Part shown: piece after piece, positions 61,580 to 64,000 of the stretch | Numbering within the stretch: position 1 is the stretch's first letter | Layout: each line of letters opens with the position of its first letter | From: Leptogorgia sarmentosa | Lineage: Eukaryota | NCBI GenBank assembly: GCA_964658305.1 | Contig: OZ210885.1 | Span: 19,220,001 to 19,284,000 of the forward strand | Length of the DNA: 64,000 nucleotides | Direction of reading: 5' to 3' | The notes under the pieces: model-generated | The model's database searches: none | The model's input: only the letters and a program-made list of their open reading frames with translations | What the model was told of the DNA's origin: nothing | Translations under genes and position numbers: made by a program

Positions 61580-62369
61580 AAAAATAGGTACACAAAGTGT
61601 ACATGTATCTGCGCTTATGTATCAAATTGCATAAGGAATTGAAACTTGACGACATATGATATCGCATTTCATGTTATTGTCTCGGGCTTAATAAACGCAC
61701 AAACCCGTTTTATTACAAGATACAAACTCTGTTTTCCTGGGATTGAATGTTTCAACCATTTTGTATGACGAAGCGTCAACATACAGTAGATATTCCGTGA
61801 TCACAAATTCACAATGACACTGCGGGCATTCCAAACATGTACGACACGCTGAAGAATCGTTGGGAAAATATACGCGCAATTTTGTCAAGACATGAACCTC
61901 TTTCATAATCTTAAATATTCGCTGTGTTCAAGATAATACAATGTATAATTTGCATCATGATATTTTTTCGTTGATGATCGAAATTCTATAGCAGACCTCT
62001 TTAATATATCTTTAAAAGCAATGCCAATGTATAATTTGTGTGATAATATTTTTGTGTATAAATATCCTTAGTAAATAGTGTTCTAAACGGCGTAAACGCT
62101 TATAAAATTAATTAACCTCTATTTCTGTCAAAATACTCGTCGCTGCGGCCATTACATTTTCTTTTTATCTGGCTATTCATGCGAAATAAAATCCACGATC
62201 AAACACATCACCACTCTAGCTCGCGCCTATATCAGTCGCCATTTTGTAATATTTAGCCCGCAAGAACTTGCTTTGCCCTAGTGTCTAACATTTCCACATA
62301 CACACAAACACACACACACACGGACCCGATAGCAATATATCTGCGTCACTGCGTGCGCAGATACAAAAA
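61580..62369 (-). mobile_element. HINE copy 2 (inverted relative to 29177-29947)
   Basis: End-to-end reverse-complement similarity to copy 1, including subTIRs, microsatellite and 3' hairpin. Confidence 0.85.
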
Positions 62370-63492
62370 TGTATCTTGCCCAGGCTTCTGAAAACTTGGC
62401 TATATTTATTACATTACGCAATTATTTTGACTTCGTATCGTTAAACAGTTTCAAAAGTAGACGGGTATTTTATAACCCAGCCGGAATTTTACAGTTTGTG
62501 TGTTACGGCAGCACTTTTCCTTGCGATAGTAACTCCTAGTATATATACATATCCTCCATTTCAAGTCTCAAAAACCATTTTATAATGTGTCGATGCTTTA
62601 CTCTGTTGCTTGAAAGGTCGATAATATGTCGAATTGTCCTCCTCGTTCAGTATTTCCTGTGGACCTCCTAATTTGTCTCTTTTCACTTTTGGTGCTATTT
62701 TTAAAACGAGATTATACAAGCAACAAGTTACCGATTGCATAATGCTGTATATACATGAATTAACTGGAGAACATTTGTCTGAAATAACAATGCTTCCTGT
62801 ATTCTTTTTGTCACGACAACAAAAAATATAATGAAATGAAATTACCTTGCCGAATTTCTCTCCTATCGTTCTCTGTATCGATTCGGTTGTCCGCAGGTTA
62901 CCAATCTTAAATGCAGCCTCTTTTACCTTTTTGAAAGGTATAATAATGACAAAATTTATCACAGGCAATTTATGAGATTCCTGTAGCTACCAGTTTCAAC
63001 GAAGGTCTACAGTTCATGCTTTCGTACTTTTGGAAACAGAAATTACTACATACATCACATGTCTGACAAAAGTAATTCGCAGAAATTCCCATGTGGTGTG
63101 TAAACTGTGTGTCCGACACTCTCACATGCTACAAGTAGGCCTGGATACTGAACAAAAACTTCACGCTCACTCATCGCATCATACATAAACATCCCTTCTT
63201 CGAGGCCTAAAATATTAACGTTGCTGTAGTCTTACGTAGTGTTGCATGCAAAAATATGTGCGCGTTAGTCATTCATTATTTAAGAGTAAAAAGCGATAGC
63301 GTATGAGAAAAATTGTATTTATATATGTATGAAGATGCGAAGTTTTTATGTATGAGGATATCTTCAGTCTTACTCTTCAGATCTGTCGCTATTTCTTCGC
63401 ACGTTTCCTTGGAAGACCAGCGAGAAACATGGAATACGTCTCCACTTGATTCCACTTTTTGCTCCAAATCTTGTTTTTCCTTTTAATAATGA

Positions 63493-64000
63493 ATAAATAA
63501 AAAAGTCCCTCACGAAGAGTTAGATTATGGAATCTACAAAAACCCGAACCTTGTAGCATTTCAGACAACAGAATCAAGGCTTCCTATGTGGGTAGAAGCC
63601 CTTTACATGCGATATGCACAGAATGAAGTATTCAACGACGAAAACAACGAAGTCAGAACAAAATGGACAGAAAAAAACGACGCAAGCAACGCTTCAAAAT
63701 GTGAAGAGATTTCGATTGAAATCACCCATAACAACGAAACCATGCTGACTATCAGAGTATTCGCGACAAAAGGAAGAATCCAAGTAAATGGTCGTCTGAT
63801 GAAAGCCTGGGGAGGCGAGGAATTTGACCATGTGCGCGCCATTATAAACAATAACGAAGAAGCTACAGCTAACACAACTGTATTTTCAAACAAAGTTCTG
63901 AAGAAAAAAGAAACTCACCTCGACACCAACACCGAAACAGACAATTCGCCAGGAGAAGAATCATTCAGAACCTTAAAGGACATCATCGTCAACCTGGAAT
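63493..64000 (+). CDS. Open frame running off the window, resembling a non-LTR (CR1/L2-type) ORF1 N-terminus
   Basis: Stop-free from 63493 to the end: PMWVEALYMRY..MLTIRVFATKGRIQVNG..W..EEF, then an acidic region. Not in the ORF track because it has no stop. Confidence 0.5.
   Translation, partial: MNKKVPHEELDYGIYKNPNLVAFQTTESRLPMWVEALYMRYAQNEVFNDENNEVRTKWTEKNDASNASKCEEISIEITHNNETMLTIRVFATKGRIQVNGRLMKAWGGEEFDHVRAIINNNEEATANTTVFSNKVLKKKETHLDTNTETDNSPGEESFRTLKDIIVNLE

Noticed and set aside
62561..63467. Minus-strand scraps as another Academ N-terminus
   Set aside because: Only faint resemblance (..EAA..FH..C), too decayed to support.
1..64000. Uni-strand orientation bias as in flamenco-type clusters
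   Set aside because: Transposase genes occur on both strands in comparable numbers.

Overview
AT-rich eukaryotic DNA with spliceosomal introns. The element spectrum suggests a marine invertebrate, probably a cnidarian (inference). I can support no ordinary host gene, RNA gene or CRISPR array. Almost the whole window is a nest of about 30 transposable elements or fragments: IS3EU-like with a convergent HECT ubiquitin-ligase gene, Gypsy, several hAT, AcademX, AcademH, PIF/Harbinger, Kolobok with a P2X7-ballast-like KolX gene, Tc1/IS630, ISL2EU, two related tyrosine-recombinase-type (DIRS/Ngaro-like) retroelements, Helentron-type HINEs, a Transib/RAG1-like remnant, MITEs and a LINE ORF1. Many have readable terminal inverted repeats (TIRs) and target-site duplications (TSDs), so insertion order can be reconstructed. 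The most interesting structures are: (1) the Ngaro-like family, with a palindromic att-like junction, insertion at a shared AATAG core, a 19-nt 5'/3' complementarity and an apparently intron-containing gag; (2) the HECT ligase paired with an IS3-like transposase; (3) the interleaved antisense Harbinger genes with back-to-back splice acceptors; (4) a Gypsy with two non-matching LTR halves; (5) a RAG1-like core with a convergent partner ORF. Family names come from motifs and termini read by eye; no database search was run.
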